DNA of 64,000 nt from NCBI GenBank assembly GCA_965228735.1, contig OZ245838.1, forward strand, positions 3,040,001 through 3,104,000, read 5' to 3'. Shown piece after piece: positions 40,717-50,299 of the stretch. The DNA comes from Planctomycetota bacterium. GTDB lineage: Bacteria; Planctomycetota; UBA1135; UBA2386. The notes under the pieces are model-generated. The model did no database searches and was not told the origin of the DNA. It saw only the letters and a program-made list of their open reading frames with translations. Made by a program: the position numbers and the translations under genes. The stretch's first letter is position 1, and each line of letters begins with the position of its first letter.

Positions 40717-43436
40717 ATGGTCCGCGTCGTGTCGACCCCTCGCCTCACGCTCCTGCTCCTCACCGCGGCCATCGCGCTGACGGACGGTGCGGATGCGCAG
40801 GAGGCTACGCTCTGGATCGTGCACACCCGAGCCGGCGAGTCTCGCACCGCGACGTTGCGAGCGGCGCACACGGCGCTGCGCGAAGGCCGCGCCGCACCCG
40901 ACCTCGCCGCCGAGCTGCGCGCCCTGGCAGCCTCGGCTACGACGGCCATCTCCGGACGGCTGGCGACCGCACCCGACAGCCGGGTCGAAGCGACTCTGGC
41001 CTGCCCACCCGCGGTCGTCGTTCGAGCACCTGCCGCGATGCGCCGTGAACTCGCTCGCCGCGCCGACGTCGTGCGCATCGAGCCCGTGCGCACACTCGCC
41101 GGCAACCTCGCGGACGCGACCGGCAGCGGCAACCACAACGTCGAGTTCGTGCACCAGGTTCACGGCCTGCGCGGCGACGGCCAGACGCTCGCGCTCGTCG
41201 ACTCCGGGGTCGAACTGCGGTTCCTCGGCGGCCAGGCGCCGCACCCCGCGTTCCTCGATGGCGCCGGAGTGAGCCGTATCGTGCGCACGTGGTCGAGTCA
41301 CGGCACGGCGTTGCCGCAGCTCACGGACCAGAACGGCCACGGCACCGGCGTCGGCGCCGTCGCGATCGGGCGGCGCTGGTCCAGCGGCTACGCGGCGGAC
41401 GGCTTCGCGCCCGCGGCACAAGTCGCGTCGTATCGCGTCACCGCGGGCAGCAGCCTGCAAACGACGAACGTCGACCTCGCCCTGGCCTACGGGCAGGTGC
41501 TGCTCGACAAGATCGGCGGCCAACCCATCGGCGTGCTCAACTGCAGCTTCTCGGGCAGCCCCGATCCGACGGCGATCGACCAGCGCGCGCTCGACGAGCT
41601 CGCGCTCTGGGGCGACGTCGTGACCGTGACATCGGCGGGCAAACTGTCGCTGCCGCCCAACTACGACTTCGAACCGACCGCGGCGAGTCAGGCCGCGACC
41701 AACGGCATCGCGGTCGGGGCGGTCACCAAGGGCACGCACGTGGTCGCGCCGTTCTCGCCGTTCGGTCCGCTCGCGGGTGACGCGCGCGCGTCTACCCCGA
41801 CGTCGTGGCGGTCGGCCAAGACGTTCGGGTCGCCGATCGCACGAGCAACTCGACCGTGCTCGTGTCGGGCACGAGCTTCGCGGCACCGATGGTCGCGGGC
41901 ACGGCGCTGTTGCTGAGGGAAGCCCGCCCGGACCTCGACGCGACGGCGATCAAGGGCCTGTTGCTCGCGACCGCGACGGACCTCAGCGCGAGGAACCCGA
42001 CGCTCGACGAGCAGCACTTCGGGAACGGACTGCTGCGCAGCGACCGCGCCGTCAGCGCTGCGCTCGCGGGGGCGGCGGCGTTCCCGAACGGTGATCCCGA
42101 CGCGCTCTACGTCCGGCGCGGCAGCCTCGCGGACGGCGCGACGACGACCGTTCGGCTCACGTTGCCCGCGGCGGTCACGGTGAGCGCCGCGCTCGTGTGG
42201 CCGCGGACCGACACGACCGCCGCCGGCAGCGACGACCTCGACCTCGACGTGTTCGCACCCGGGAACGAACTGCGGGCGCGCGGCAACCTGCAACGCAACG
42301 TCCACGAACGCGTGACGTTCACGACGACCGTCGCGGGCGATCACGACTTCGTGATCACGAGCAACCGCGCGCTCGTCGACGACACGAACTGGACGCTGGT
42401 CGTCGTGCGGGCCGACGGTCAGCCGTCGAGCTCGGCCGTGACCGACCTCGGCGGCGGCTGCCTCGGCACGAGCCGCGACATCGCGCGCCACCTCGTGCTC
42501 CCACCGCTGCCGGGCTTCGGCGACAACCGCACGAACAAGCCGCTGACCGACGTGCCGTTGACGTTCCTCACTGCCTACGACGCCGCGAACGTCACCGGCC
42601 CGCGCACCGTCAGCGCCCTCGCGTTTCGGCGCGCCCGAGAGAGCGGCGCCTCGAGCGCACTCGGCGTGCGGCTGCGCATCACGCTCGGTCACACGAGCAA
42701 CCCGATCGACGGCCTGTCGGCCAACCTGCTGAGCAACTTCCTGACCGCGCCGCCCCCCGTCGTCGCCTACGACGACTGGTTCACGCTGCACCCCGCGCCG
42801 GCGGTGCCGCGCACGGACGACTTCGACTTCGTCGTTCCGCTCACGACGCCGTTCCAACTCGACCCTGCGCTCGGCAACGTGCTCGTGCACCTCGAAGTGC
42901 TCGGCAACGATCAGAACAACGCGCCGCAGCCGATCGCGCTCGACGCGGTCACCGTCACTACCGGCACGACGCGCGGCGGACTCGTGCAGGCCGCGGGCTC
43001 ACCGTTCGCGCTCGTCGTCGAGCAACGGCCCGTGATCGCGTTCGTCGACGACCTGCCGCGCGGGCGCACGCCGCGCCTCGCGCTCGCGGGCCGACCGCGA
43101 CTCGACACGACGCCGACCACGACGTTGCGCGACGCGCGCGAGGACGCGCTCACGGCGCTGCTGTTCGGCAGCAGCGCGACCGTGCAGGGCCAACCGTTGC
43201 CGATCGATCTGCAGCCGTTCGGCGCCACGGGCTGCGCGATCACCGCGGCGCCGGATGAAGTCGCGTTCGTCGTCACGGACGCGAGCGGCGCCGTCACGAT
43301 CGAGCTGCCGCTGCCGAACGATCCGCAGTTGCTCGCGCTGCGCGTTCGCGTTCAGTGCCTGACGCTCGACGCCGCGGCGAACGCCCCCGGCCTCACGACG
43401 AGCAACGGCCTCGAACTCCTGCTCGGCGGCCCCTGA
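40717..43436 (+). pseudogene. Secreted S8 subtilase split by a frameshift at about 41781-41790 (pseudogene, phase-variable gene or sequencing error)
   Basis: Asp (VDSG) and His (NGHGTG) are in one frame; YPDVVA and the catalytic Ser (SGTSFAAP) are in another frame. The switch falls at a (CG)5 tract. Confidence 0.75.
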
Positions 43437-43491
43437 TGGTATCCTCCGCGGCGCGCATTCCAGGCCCGTCCGAGCCGCGCAAGGAGAGCCA

Positions 43492-44457
43492 TTGACGACC
43501 GAACCGATCGCCGCGCCGGCCCAGAGCGACAAAGGGCCGCGGGTGCACCGCGACAGCGTGCTGGCCATGGCCACGGCCGGAGTCGTCGCGTTCGTGGCGA
43601 TCGGCCTCGCCTCCCGCTCGATACTGTTCCAGCTCGCCTACTTCACCACGCCGGCAGCCTACGGGTTCTTCGCGATCACCTATGCCGCGATGCATCCACG
43701 CCGGCGCCGTCGTCGTGCGAGCCGCGTCATGATGGTGCTCGCCGCCGTGCCACTCGCCCTCGGGGTGTACACGGCGCTGCAGCAACGCTGGTCCGAGGTC
43801 ACGCTCGTCACGAGCCTCGTAGCGTACGGGCTCGGACCGATCGGCGTCCTCGTCGCGCTGTTTCTCGAGCTGCGCAGCGGCCCGCCGACGGCGGCCGATC
43901 GCGAGCGCGCCGGGCCAGTGGGCTGGTGGCGTGCTGCGGTGCTGTTTGCCTGCGGGCTGACGTCATTCGCCGCCAGCGGTCTCGGCGTCATTCTAGCGTT
44001 CGCGGTGATCCCTGCCGTCACGCTGGTCGCCCTCACCGCGATCCACGGCTGCCGCGGCCGCGCGGCGCAGTTCGCGATCGCAACACTGATCGGGTTCGGC
44101 CTGGCCTGGCTGGGCGCGACCTGGAACGAAGTCCGCCTCGACTGGAGTGACCCCGACGCGGTCGCGGCGTGGGAGCTGGCCTACGGCGCGTATCTCGACG
44201 AGCCCTACCGTACGGCGGTCGTCACCGGCTTCCCGATCCACGGGATCCAGGTCGGCCGTGGGCCAATCGAGTTCCTCGCGCCCGCGAAGGGACTCGGCAT
44301 CCTCGTTGCCAACTACCTGCTGTGCGTGACCGGCGCAGCCCTGCTCGTCCTGCTCGTCAACCGCTTCCGCCAACCCTTCCTGATCACGATCGTTGCCGCC
44401 ATCTCATTCGTCGCCGGCGGCTACGGTGGCTGGAAGCTGCTAGGCCCGCTCTCCTGA
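43492..44457 (+). CDS. Unknown multi-pass membrane protein, tandem paralog 1
   Basis: TTG start with AAGGAG RBS; many TM segments; VTGFPIHGI...KGLGILVAN motif. Confidence 0.7.
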   Translation: MTTEPIAAPAQSDKGPRVHRDSVLAMATAGVVAFVAIGLASRSILFQLAYFTTPAAYGFFAITYAAMHPRRRRRRASRVMMVLAAVPLALGVYTALQQRWSEVTLVTSLVAYGLGPIGVLVALFLELRSGPPTAADRERAGPVGWWRAAVLFACGLTSFAASGLGVILAFAVIPAVTLVALTAIHGCRGRAAQFAIATLIGFGLAWLGATWNEVRLDWSDPDAVAAWELAYGAYLDEPYRTAVVTGFPIHGIQVGRGPIEFLAPAKGLGILVANYLLCVTGAALLVLLVNRFRQPFLITIVAAISFVAGGYGGWKLLGPLS

Positions 44458-44468
44458 TTGCGCACCTG

Positions 44469-45561
44469 CCGACACCAGCCACGACGATGACCACGACCGC
44501 CACCAGCGAACTCCCGTCCGAACGCGCCTCGTTGTCGCGCGAATCCCTGCTGCGGGTCGCCGCGGTCGCGATCGTCGCGGTCGCGGCGATCGGAGTGAGC
44601 TTGCGAGCGGCGCTGCCATTGGCCTACTCCTTCGCCCACTTCGTCACCCCACCGGCCTACGCGCTCGTCGCGACAGGTTTCGTCACGCTTCATCCGCGCC
44701 TGCGCGGTCATCGCGGAGCTCGCCTGGCGCTGTCCACGGCCGGTGTCCTACTACTTCTCGGGGTGATCAGTCAGGCGGCCTCCCCCTGGATCGGGTTCGG
44801 CATCGCCGCAAAGATCGTGTCAGCGGTCTCGTTCCTGTTCGCCCTGATCAGCCTGATCGGAGCTCCGATCATCGAAGTGCGCAGCGGGCCGACACCCTCG
44901 AGTGGATCCGAGCCGCGCGCGGCGGCCGGGTGGCCGCGGGTCATCCTGCTGTTTCTGGTTGCGTTCGCCTGCTTCGCTGTCAGCGGCGTCAACGTGCTGC
45001 TCACGCTCGCGCTCCTCCCCATGATCGTGCTCTTGGCGCTGCCCACGATCCATGGCTGCCGCGGAACGACAGCGCGTCTGGCCCTCGCGACGCTGGTCGG
45101 CTTTGGCGTGGCCTGGCTCGGTGTCGCGATGAACGTGACCCGCTTTGCCTATGGCGATACGGCGTCGGCGCTCGCCTGGGAGGCCAGGTTCGCTGCCACC
45201 GACGAGCACTTCAAGACGCTGATGGTCACGGGCTTCCCGCTCCAAGGCATCGAAGGCCACGGCGAGGGCGGCGCGCGCGATTACCTACCGTTTCAAAAGG
45301 GGCTCGGCATCCTGGTGGCAAACTTCGTCCTGTGCGTGACCGGGGCCGGCCTGCTCGGTCTGCTCTTGGTGCGCTTCCGCCAGTCCCTCGCAATCGCGAT
45401 CGCGGCGGCTTTCGCGTTGGTCGCGGGTGGCATCGGCGCCTGGCACCTGCTCGTCATGCTCGACTGATTGCGCTCGTTCCGACACCAGCCACGACGATGA
45501 CCACGACCGCCGCCAGCGAACTCCCGTCCGAACGCGCCTCGTTGTCGCGCGAATCCCTGCT
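44469..45561. repeat. 83-bp direct repeat (44469-44551 and 45479-45561), one mismatch, spanning the starts of paralogs 2 and 3
   Basis: Direct comparison; copies are 1010 bp apart. Confidence 0.9.
44487..45467 (+). CDS. Unknown multi-pass membrane protein, tandem paralog 2
   Basis: MTTTATSELPSERASLSRESLLR start; MVTGFPLQGIEGHGEGGARDYLPFQKGLG motif. Confidence 0.75.
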   Translation: MTTTATSELPSERASLSRESLLRVAAVAIVAVAAIGVSLRAALPLAYSFAHFVTPPAYALVATGFVTLHPRLRGHRGARLALSTAGVLLLLGVISQAASPWIGFGIAAKIVSAVSFLFALISLIGAPIIEVRSGPTPSSGSEPRAAAGWPRVILLFLVAFACFAVSGVNVLLTLALLPMIVLLALPTIHGCRGTTARLALATLVGFGVAWLGVAMNVTRFAYGDTASALAWEARFAATDEHFKTLMVTGFPLQGIEGHGEGGARDYLPFQKGLGILVANFVLCVTGAGLLGLLLVRFRQSLAIAIAAAFALVAGGIGAWHLLVMLD

Positions 45562-46462
45562 CAGGATCGCTGCGGTCGCGATTGCCACGCTCGCGGTGAT
45601 CGGGGCGAGCTGGCGCCCGGCCCTCTCGATCGCGTACTTCCTCACACCCCCAGCCTATGCGCTCGCCGCGATCGGCTTCGTCACACTGCACCCGCGGTTG
45701 CGCGGCAACGAGACAGCTCGCCGGGCGCTGTTCGCGGCGAGCTCGGTGCTGCTCCTCGCAATGGCCATCCTGGCCACGGCACCCTGGGCGGGCTACGGCA
45801 TCGCAGCCATCGTGGCGCTGGTCTCGCCCGCGTTCTGCCTGGTCAGCCTGACCGGCTCCTTGTTCACCGAGGTGCAGAACGGGCCGTCACGTGGACCCGA
45901 GACGCCGCCGCCCACCGCGACCGGCTGGCGGCGGGCCTTCCTGGTGCTCGGCTGCGCATTCGCGTGCTTCGCTGCCAACGGCATCAGCGTGGTCCTCTCG
46001 CTCTTGATCGTTCCCCTGGTCGTGCTCTTCGCGCTTCCCGCGATCCACAACTGCCACGGAGCAGCGGCGCGCCTGGTCGTCGCGACCCTGATCGGCTTCG
46101 CCGCAGCGTGGCTCTTCGTGGCGACGAACGAAACCCGAATCGACTGGAGCGACACGACCGCGGCTCTGCAGTGGCAGGCCACCTACTCGGCGACGGACGA
46201 GCACTACAAGACGTTGATGGTCACGGGATTCCCGATCCACGGCATCGAAGGCCACGGCGGCGGCGGCGCGCGGGAGTATCTGCCGTTCGAGAAGGGCCTC
46301 GGAGTCCTGCTGGCCAACTTCGCACTGTGCGTAGTCGGCGCGGGACTGCTCGACCTGTTCTACAGGCGCGACCGCCATGCCGGCGCCATCGGGATCGCCG
46401 CCGCAATAGCGCTGGTGGCCGGAGTCTTCGGCTGCTGGCAACTGGTCGTCATGCTCGACTGA
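45497..46462 (+). CDS. Unknown multi-pass membrane protein, tandem paralog 3
   Basis: MTTTAASELPSERASLSRESLLR start; MVTGFPIHGIEGHGGGGAREYLPFEKGLG motif. Confidence 0.75.
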   Translation: MTTTAASELPSERASLSRESLLRIAAVAIATLAVIGASWRPALSIAYFLTPPAYALAAIGFVTLHPRLRGNETARRALFAASSVLLLAMAILATAPWAGYGIAAIVALVSPAFCLVSLTGSLFTEVQNGPSRGPETPPPTATGWRRAFLVLGCAFACFAANGISVVLSLLIVPLVVLFALPAIHNCHGAAARLVVATLIGFAAAWLFVATNETRIDWSDTTAALQWQATYSATDEHYKTLMVTGFPIHGIEGHGGGGAREYLPFEKGLGVLLANFALCVVGAGLLDLFYRRDRHAGAIGIAAAIALVAGVFGCWQLVVMLD

Positions 46463-46479
46463 CGGGACTGCGGGCCACG

Positions 46480-46878
46480 TCAGGCGCGGAGTTCGTCCGG
46501 CAGGCGCTGCACCTTGCCCTTTGGACTGACGCACGCGAGCTTCGTGTGGCCCGTGGCGCAGACGACGCCGTCGTGTTCGCGGCGGCATTCATAGGCGAGC
46601 GTGACCCAGACCTTGGAGCTCTCGGCGACGCGCACGCGAATCTCGACGACGTCGTCGTAGTCGACGGGTTTGTGGTAGCTGCACTGCCAATCGACGATCT
46701 GCAGCAGGAAGCCGGCGTCCTCGATCTCGCGGTAGGTGCGGCCGCGCGCACGCATCCACTCGGTGCGCGCCTCCTCGAACCACGCCACGTAGCTGCCGTG
46801 GTGCGCGACCGCCATGCGGTCGGTCTCGCAGTAGCGCACGCGGACGCGGTGCGTGGGAGGGCCGTCGAACTCCGTCAT
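46480..46878 (-). CDS. Acyl-CoA thioesterase, YbgC/FadM (4HBT) family
   Basis: VRYCETDRMAVAHHGSYVAWFEEAR motif. Confidence 0.9.
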   Translation of the reverse strand: MTEFDGPPTHRVRVRYCETDRMAVAHHGSYVAWFEEARTEWMRARGRTYREIEDAGFLLQIVDWQCSYHKPVDYDDVVEIRVRVAESSKVWVTLAYECRREHDGVVCATGHTKLACVSPKGKVQRLPDELRA

Positions 46879-47921
46879 GCCTCTTCGTTACGGCGTGCGC
46901 GCGCCGCGGCAAGGCGTTCGTCGGCAATCCGGAGCGCGACCGTGGCCGGCGGCTCCCCGGACGCCTTCGCGTCGTCGAGGATCTGCCCGGCGGTCCGGCC
47001 GATCCGCCGGACGCGATCGAGGCCGACCGGTTGACCGAGGTTGAACGACGCGCCGAGAACGAGCGCGCCTGCGTTGGCCACGAAGTCCGGAACGGCGAGC
47101 ACGCCGCGGTCGTGCAGGGTCGCAGCTGCGCTCGAGGCCGCGAAGATGTTGTTCGCGGCACCGCACACGCCGCGGGCCGGCAACTCGGCCGCCAGCTGAT
47201 CGTCGATCACGCCGCCGAGCGCGCACGGCGCGAACACGTCGCATGCCCGCCGCGAGAGGTCGCCCACGGGCACGACCTCGGCAGCGAAACGATCGCGCGC
47301 GGCCGCGGCCCGTGCCGCCACCGGATCGCAGACGCGCAGCACCGCGCCATCGGCGTGCAGCAGATGGCAGAGCTGCATGCCGACCGCGCCGAGACCCTGC
47401 ACGTTCACGACGAGGCCGCGCCGATCGAGCGCGAGCCGCTCCGCGAGCGCCCCGATGGCGGCGGCGACCCCGGTGGCCGTCGCGACCGCGAGATCGCCCG
47501 GGCCGCGATCCGGGTCGCCGGTCGCCACGGACGACGTCACCGACTCGACGACCCGCAGATCGTCGATCGACGTGCCGACGTCCGGGCCGGTGAAGAAGCG
47601 CCCGGCGAGCCGCTCGACCGCCCGCCCGATGAGCCGATACCCGGCCGCGACATCGAGGCCGGGGTGATCCACCAGCACGGCCTTGCCACCCCCCGCCGCG
47701 ACCTCGGCGAGCGCGCACTTCCGGCTCATCGCCTGCGCCAGCGCGACCACGTCGGCCGCGGCAGCGGCGAGATCGGGGTAGGGCAGGCGCCGGATCCCGC
47801 CGTGCGCGGGCCCGAGGCTCGTGTCGTGCAGCGCGATGATCGCGACGGCCTCGGCGCGGCGATCGCGCAGGACCAGCACCTCCTCGCAATCCGCCGCCGC
47901 GAGCACATCGACAGAAGTCAT
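46875..47921 (-). CDS. Leu/Phe/Val dehydrogenase family protein
   Basis: HDTSLGPAHGGIR, GGGKAV, GPDVGT, QGLGAVG, DVFAPCALGG and PDFVANAG motifs. Confidence 0.9.
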   Translation of the reverse strand: MTSVDVLAAADCEEVLVLRDRRAEAVAIIALHDTSLGPAHGGIRRLPYPDLAAAAADVVALAQAMSRKCALAEVAAGGGKAVLVDHPGLDVAAGYRLIGRAVERLAGRFFTGPDVGTSIDDLRVVESVTSSVATGDPDRGPGDLAVATATGVAAAIGALAERLALDRRGLVVNVQGLGAVGMQLCHLLHADGAVLRVCDPVAARAAAARDRFAAEVVPVGDLSRRACDVFAPCALGGVIDDQLAAELPARGVCGAANNIFAASSAAATLHDRGVLAVPDFVANAGALVLGASFNLGQPVGLDRVRRIGRTAGQILDDAKASGEPPATVALRIADERLAAARARRNEEA

Positions 47922-47990
47922 CGAGCAGATTCTGGCGCCGAGCGGGAATGCTGGGAAGGATTGAGGCTCACGACCCTCCAAGGACCCGCA

Positions 47991-49016
47991 ATGAAGGCAC
48001 CGTTCATTCTGCTGCTGCTGCTATCCGCCGCCTCGTTCACCGGCTGCGCGACCGGCCCGAGCGACCCGCTGCAGGGCGTCAATCGGGTCGCCGTGCCCGA
48101 CGAGGCCGCCCGCCAGAAGGCGCTCGCCGAGGCGGACAAGCAGCGCCGCAAGTTCGAGACCGTGCTCATCAAGCTCGATCAGGCGATGGAGACCTACGCC
48201 CAGGCGCTCGCCAACCGCGGCTCGCCGCGCGCCGACACCCAGGCCGAGAACGTCGAGAAGCTGATCCGGGACCTCGTGACCGATCGCGGCAGCCAGGTGT
48301 TCCGCAAGCCGGTCAACGCGGAGGACGCCAAGCTCGAGAGGGTGAACGAAGCGCCGACCAACTACTTCGAGCGGCTGCGCGCCGCGGCGATCGACGGCAC
48401 CCACCCGCACTACCAGGGCATCGCACTCGCGGCCCTCGGCTTCTCGGCGCGCGACGACGTGATGCCGATCATCCTGCAGGGCGCGCAACTCGACGATCCG
48501 CTGCTCGTCGATCGCGCGATCTTCGGCCTCGCGATCCTGCGCGCGCCCGACACGCCGCCCGGCGTCATCGGCGCGGTCATCGACGATCGGGACGCGAGCG
48601 ACAACAGTCGAGCGGCCGCGGCCTGGGCGCTGTATCGGCTGCAGGAGCGCAGCAACCGCGAGAGTGAGATCGTCGAGATCTGGCGCCGCCTCGCGGGCCG
48701 CGGCCCGGGCGCCGTTCCGGCCGGCGCGCTCGTGCAGGCGCTGCGCGGCCTCGGGCTGACGCGCGACAAGAAGCACGCCGGCCTCGTCGCGCCGTTCCTC
48801 GACAACAACGTGCCGCTGCTGCGCATGGCGGCGGCGGGCGCGCTCGCACGGATGAATGCGCAGGAGCACGCGCCGGAGATCATCGACCTGCTCGGGCCGG
48901 CCGAGAGCGTGCCGAACGTGCGCCTGCACGCCCGCAAGGCCCTGCAGGCGCTTGCCGGCGACCTCGACTACGGCTACGACGTAGATGCGTGGCGCAAGGC
49001 GTTCGAACGCAAGTAG
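47991..49016 (+). CDS. HEAT-repeat lipoprotein
   Basis: FTGC lipobox; repeats such as LRMAAAGALARM and VRLHARKALQAL. Confidence 0.75.
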   Translation: MKAPFILLLLLSAASFTGCATGPSDPLQGVNRVAVPDEAARQKALAEADKQRRKFETVLIKLDQAMETYAQALANRGSPRADTQAENVEKLIRDLVTDRGSQVFRKPVNAEDAKLERVNEAPTNYFERLRAAAIDGTHPHYQGIALAALGFSARDDVMPIILQGAQLDDPLLVDRAIFGLAILRAPDTPPGVIGAVIDDRDASDNSRAAAAWALYRLQERSNRESEIVEIWRRLAGRGPGAVPAGALVQALRGLGLTRDKKHAGLVAPFLDNNVPLLRMAAAGALARMNAQEHAPEIIDLLGPAESVPNVRLHARKALQALAGDLDYGYDVDAWRKAFERK

Positions 49017-50299
49017 CGGCGAGCCTGCTCGCCGTCACCTTGTTGAGCGCGGGCTGTGATGATGCCCGCGGCGCCGGCGGTGCAGCCGGCCCGAATGGAG
49101 CTGGCTCGAATGGAGCTGGCTCGAATGGGGCTGGCTCGAATGGGGCTGGCTCGAATGGGGCTGGCGCGCAGCACGCGGTGGATCCGCAGCCGCCGGTCGT
49201 CGATCTGGCCGCGATCCCCGATGCCGAACTCGTCGACCGCGTGCTCGCGACCTGCCATGGACCGCTGCGCGGCGACATGGATCGCGTGCAGGTGCGGTTG
49301 ACGCTCGGCGACGGCACGCGCATCGACGCCCACGCCGACCTGCCGGACAAGCTGCGGGTCGTGAGCGAGCAGGGCGCGTTCCTGCTCACGGCCGCCGGCG
49401 CGTTCGGGCTCGGCGCCGCACCGCGCCGGGCAACGGAGGAGGAACGGGGCTGGCTCGAGCAACTGCGCGGGCTCACCGACGCAGCGGCGCTCGGGCCGTT
49501 GCAGCGCGCGACCGGCTGCGAGCGCGCGGCCGACGGAACGTTTCGAATCGCACAGCCGGGTGGCGAGGTGATCGAACTGCGCCTGCGGAAGGACACGCTG
49601 CTGCCCGCGCGCGTCGGTGATGTGACGATCGTGGATCACCTGCGCACCTCGGCGGCGTGGATCACGCAGACCGCCGACCATCCGGTTCTCGGCCGGGTGC
49701 AGGTCTACTTCGAGAACGCCGACGTGCGCCACGCCGCGGACTTCTTCACGCCCCCCGATCTCGGCGACAACGCGACGACGAAGGATCCGGGGACCGGCAC
49801 GCCGCGCATCCGGGTGGGCGGCCCCGAGAAGCCCGCAACGCCGATCGCGCGCGTTGCCAAGGCGACGCGCTGGCTGCTGCTGCCCGACCCCGGCGACTGG
49901 GAGGCGCGTCACGCGATCTACACCCCGGAGCACGACCGTCTCGTCGCCCAGGACCAACGCATCGCGGGCTTCCCGATCTTCGCGATGATCGACGGCAAAC
50001 CCCGGCTGGCCGTGCCGTTCCGCCAGCGCCCCGGCGGGCCGGCAGCGACGCTGCCGAACGACGCCGAGGTGCACGAGCTCGACCGCGGCCGCGAACTCGA
50101 GGTCTACCCACAGGGCGGCGATCTCGCGACGAAGCGCGCCGCCGGCGAGCGCGCGTTGCGCGCCTACCTCGATGCCAACGGTCTCGAGGCCATCGGCCCG
50201 ATCGCGTGCCAGCCGTACGTGCACCTGCACGAGGGCACGCCGGACGCGGCCAGGCTGCGAGACGTGAAGGTGCGGATGTCCGTGCGGATAGGTCAGTGA
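48989..50299 (+). CDS. Hypothetical lipoprotein, possible GyrI-like C-terminal region
   Basis: LSAGC lipobox; NGAGS repeat linker; overlaps both neighbours. Confidence 0.55.
   Translation: MAQGVRTQVAASLLAVTLLSAGCDDARGAGGAAGPNGAGSNGAGSNGAGSNGAGSNGAGAQHAVDPQPPVVDLAAIPDAELVDRVLATCHGPLRGDMDRVQVRLTLGDGTRIDAHADLPDKLRVVSEQGAFLLTAAGAFGLGAAPRRATEEERGWLEQLRGLTDAAALGPLQRATGCERAADGTFRIAQPGGEVIELRLRKDTLLPARVGDVTIVDHLRTSAAWITQTADHPVLGRVQVYFENADVRHAADFFTPPDLGDNATTKDPGTGTPRIRVGGPEKPATPIARVAKATRWLLLPDPGDWEARHAIYTPEHDRLVAQDQRIAGFPIFAMIDGKPRLAVPFRQRPGGPAATLPNDAEVHELDRGRELEVYPQGGDLATKRAAGERALRAYLDANGLEAIGPIACQPYVHLHEGTPDAARLRDVKVRMSVRIGQ
49092..49165. repeat. 15-bp tandem repeat x5, in frame (NGAGS)
   Basis: CGAATGG(A/G)GCTGGCT: two A-type copies, then three G-type copies (last lacks the final T). 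Confidence 0.9.

Noticed and set aside
44454..49165. Direct and tandem repeats as a CRISPR array
   Set aside because: No repeat-spacer periodicity, the repeats are coding or gene-junction duplications, and no cas genes are present.
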